Below, piece after piece: positions 60,951-62,132 of a stretch of DNA of 62,132 nucleotides. The position numbers and the translations under genes were made by a program. Below the pieces are notes generated by a model. It saw only the letters and a program-made list of their open reading frames with translations. It searched no databases and was not told the DNA's origin. Each line of letters opens with the position of its first letter. The first letter of the stretch is position 1. Source of the DNA: an uncultured Bacteroidota bacterium (GTDB lineage Bacteria; Bacteroidota; Bacteroidia; Bacteroidales; FEN-979); contig CALCGJ010000159.1 in NCBI GenBank assembly GCA_937900965.1, forward strand, positions 1 to 62,132, read 5' to 3'.

Positions 60951-62132
60951 AGCGTCCAGTAATCATTCTGCATATCTCCCCATGAGTTGATCACCTGGGT
61001 ATCGGTGATGTCGATGGTTTGATACATCCGGCTACGGAGGTCAACCTGCCACCTGGCATTGTGTATCTCCCCGATGGCATCGGAATGAAGAAGGAAGAAG
61101 TCGCTGGTAACCATATCGGGAGAGTAGAAGACAAATTTCCTGTTGCTCTGGTTGGTCAGCGTATAGTATTGCCAGATCTCGTACGGGTAGTTGCTGGGTT
61201 CGTTGTATCGTTCGGCCCGTACATTGGGGGCTCCGTATTGCAGGAACACCCGGCCCCTGTCTGTCTGGTATCCTCTCTTTACCGGGGTCCCGAAATTATG
61301 CTCAACCACTTCAATAAGATATTTATAGGCCATCCAGTCCTTTTCAGGATCATTCGCGTTCCGGCGTTGCCAGAAACCCAGGAAATATTGTTGGAGGACA
61401 GAGAGGGAGGCCGTTTTTAGATTTCCTTTCAGAAAGTTCTTCTCAAGTGCTGAAGAGATCGAATATGTGGAGCTCACATACTCCCGCAGAGTGTCGATGT
61501 TGGTGTACTTCTCCACAAAGGAGTTGACGGGATTGCCAACTGCAAGATCATCGATAGTAAGCCTGGCGTAGGGATTACTCCGTTGGAAAAAGAGCTTCCT
61601 GGATGCTATTACCTGGTTTTGCTGATCCCTTGTTTCAACAACAAGGTTGTAATTACCTGTTGGAAGATTGATGATATTCAGTTCAGCCAGAACGGCTGTA
61701 ACCTCTTTGGCAGTCTCTTTCTTCGCCTTTTCGAGGCCCTTCACCCGTTGTCCGTTCTCAAGAGTCTCCACATAATAATTGAGCAGGTATTTCTCCCCTT
61801 GACCCACTTGGTTTCCCATGTTGTACAGTTCGCAATAGAAGATAAATTTACTGTTGTTCTGTGGGTAGTAACTGTAAACATATGGAACCAGGTCGTATCC
61901 CGACTTGTTGATCTCGGTCAAATTTTCACTGCGGCTATAGCTCTTCACCAGTTCAATTCCTGAAATGGCTGGTTTGTCTTTCGTGTAATTGATGGTAATA
62001 GTTTGAGCATAAGGGGTAATCTCTGCCTTTTTATTCTGGTCAGAAAGCTGAACCTCAAACTCATACGTTCCATTTGGGAGAAGGAACCGCTGCTGGTCAA
62101 TAAAATGGAAGTCGAGATTACTTGTATCTGCA
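60941..62132 (-). CDS. GWxTD domain-containing protein (5' end beyond the right edge)
   Basis: The C-terminal GYQTDRGRVFLQYGAPN...YEIWQY block is the GWxTD signature. The frame stays open upstream of the ORF-track GTG (61948) to the window end (...DFHFIDQQRFLLPNGTYEFEVQLSDQNKKAEITPYAQTITINYTKDKPAISGIELVKS), so the gene is partial. Confidence 0.8.
   Translation of the reverse strand, partial: ADTSNLDFHFIDQQRFLLPNGTYEFEVQLSDQNKKAEITPYAQTITINYTKDKPAISGIELVKSYSRSENLTEINKSGYDLVPYVYSYYPQNNSKFIFYCELYNMGNQVGQGEKYLLNYYVETLENGQRVKGLEKAKKETAKEVTAVLAELNIINLPTGNYNLVVETRDQQNQVIASRKLFFQRSNPYARLTIDDLAVGNPVNSFVEKYTNIDTLREYVSSTYSISSALEKNFLKGNLKTASLSVLQQYFLGFWQRRNANDPEKDWMAYKYLIEVVEHNFGTPVKRGYQTDRGRVFLQYGAPNVRAERYNEPSNYPYEIWQYYTLTNQSNRKFVFYSPDMVTSDFFLLHSDAIGEIHNARWQVDLRSRMYQTIDITDTQVINSWGDMQNDYWTLPN

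Overview
This 62.1-kb window is a chromosomal segment from an anaerobic member of the Bacteroidota. The phylum call rests on T9SS porQ, the parA-parB-DUF5683-dapB-lepB synteny, a GWxTD protein, a CarboxypepD_reg-type TonB-dependent receptor, recurrent TAnnTTTG -7 promoter boxes and almost no Shine-Dalgarno sites. The anaerobe call rests on an [FeFe]-hydrogenase operon and rex. Gene content is almost entirely core housekeeping, mostly on the minus strand: padR-pspC, uvrA, an ECF sigma factor, rplS-trmD-ribF, rex, nhaD, a histidine kinase/response regulator pair, a hydABC-like operon, truA, lolA-ftsK, lepB, dapB, parAB, nusB, porQ, ispH, recF, a 2-oxoacid dehydrogenase E2, tig-clpP-clpX, tRNA-Met/Leu/His, a DASS transporter, smpB, an M16 peptidase, a TPP-riboswitch-controlled TonB receptor and aroQ. 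I found no CRISPR array, cas genes, integrase, transposase, toxin-antitoxin pair or recognisable defence island. What the gene list does not explain is the non-coding architecture. (1) At least 17 arrays of 7-9 bp tandem repeats sit in the intergenic spacers. Several run into stop or start codons or appear inside disordered protein linkers and tails. (2) About 10 GC-rich mini-hairpin units of 16-18 bp form a 200-bp array between two convergent genes. (3) A REP-like double-hairpin element occurs at three loci, twice with nested hairpin insertions. (4) A four-helix-bundle (23S-IVS/Avd-type) gene is bracketed by imperfect inverted repeats between porQ and ispH. Other notable points are a multiply lesioned split transketolase remnant and Rex-box candidates at the hydrogenase and rex/nhaD promoters. 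The hydrogenase itself has a non-canonical TSCSPGW H-cluster motif and a minimal NuoF-like subunit. There is also a His/Asp-rich tail on trigger factor, a tRNA-His with two U-U acceptor-stem mismatches, and a long double-AGGAGG leader on the sigma factor gene. All family assignments come from reading motifs by eye, since no searches could be run.
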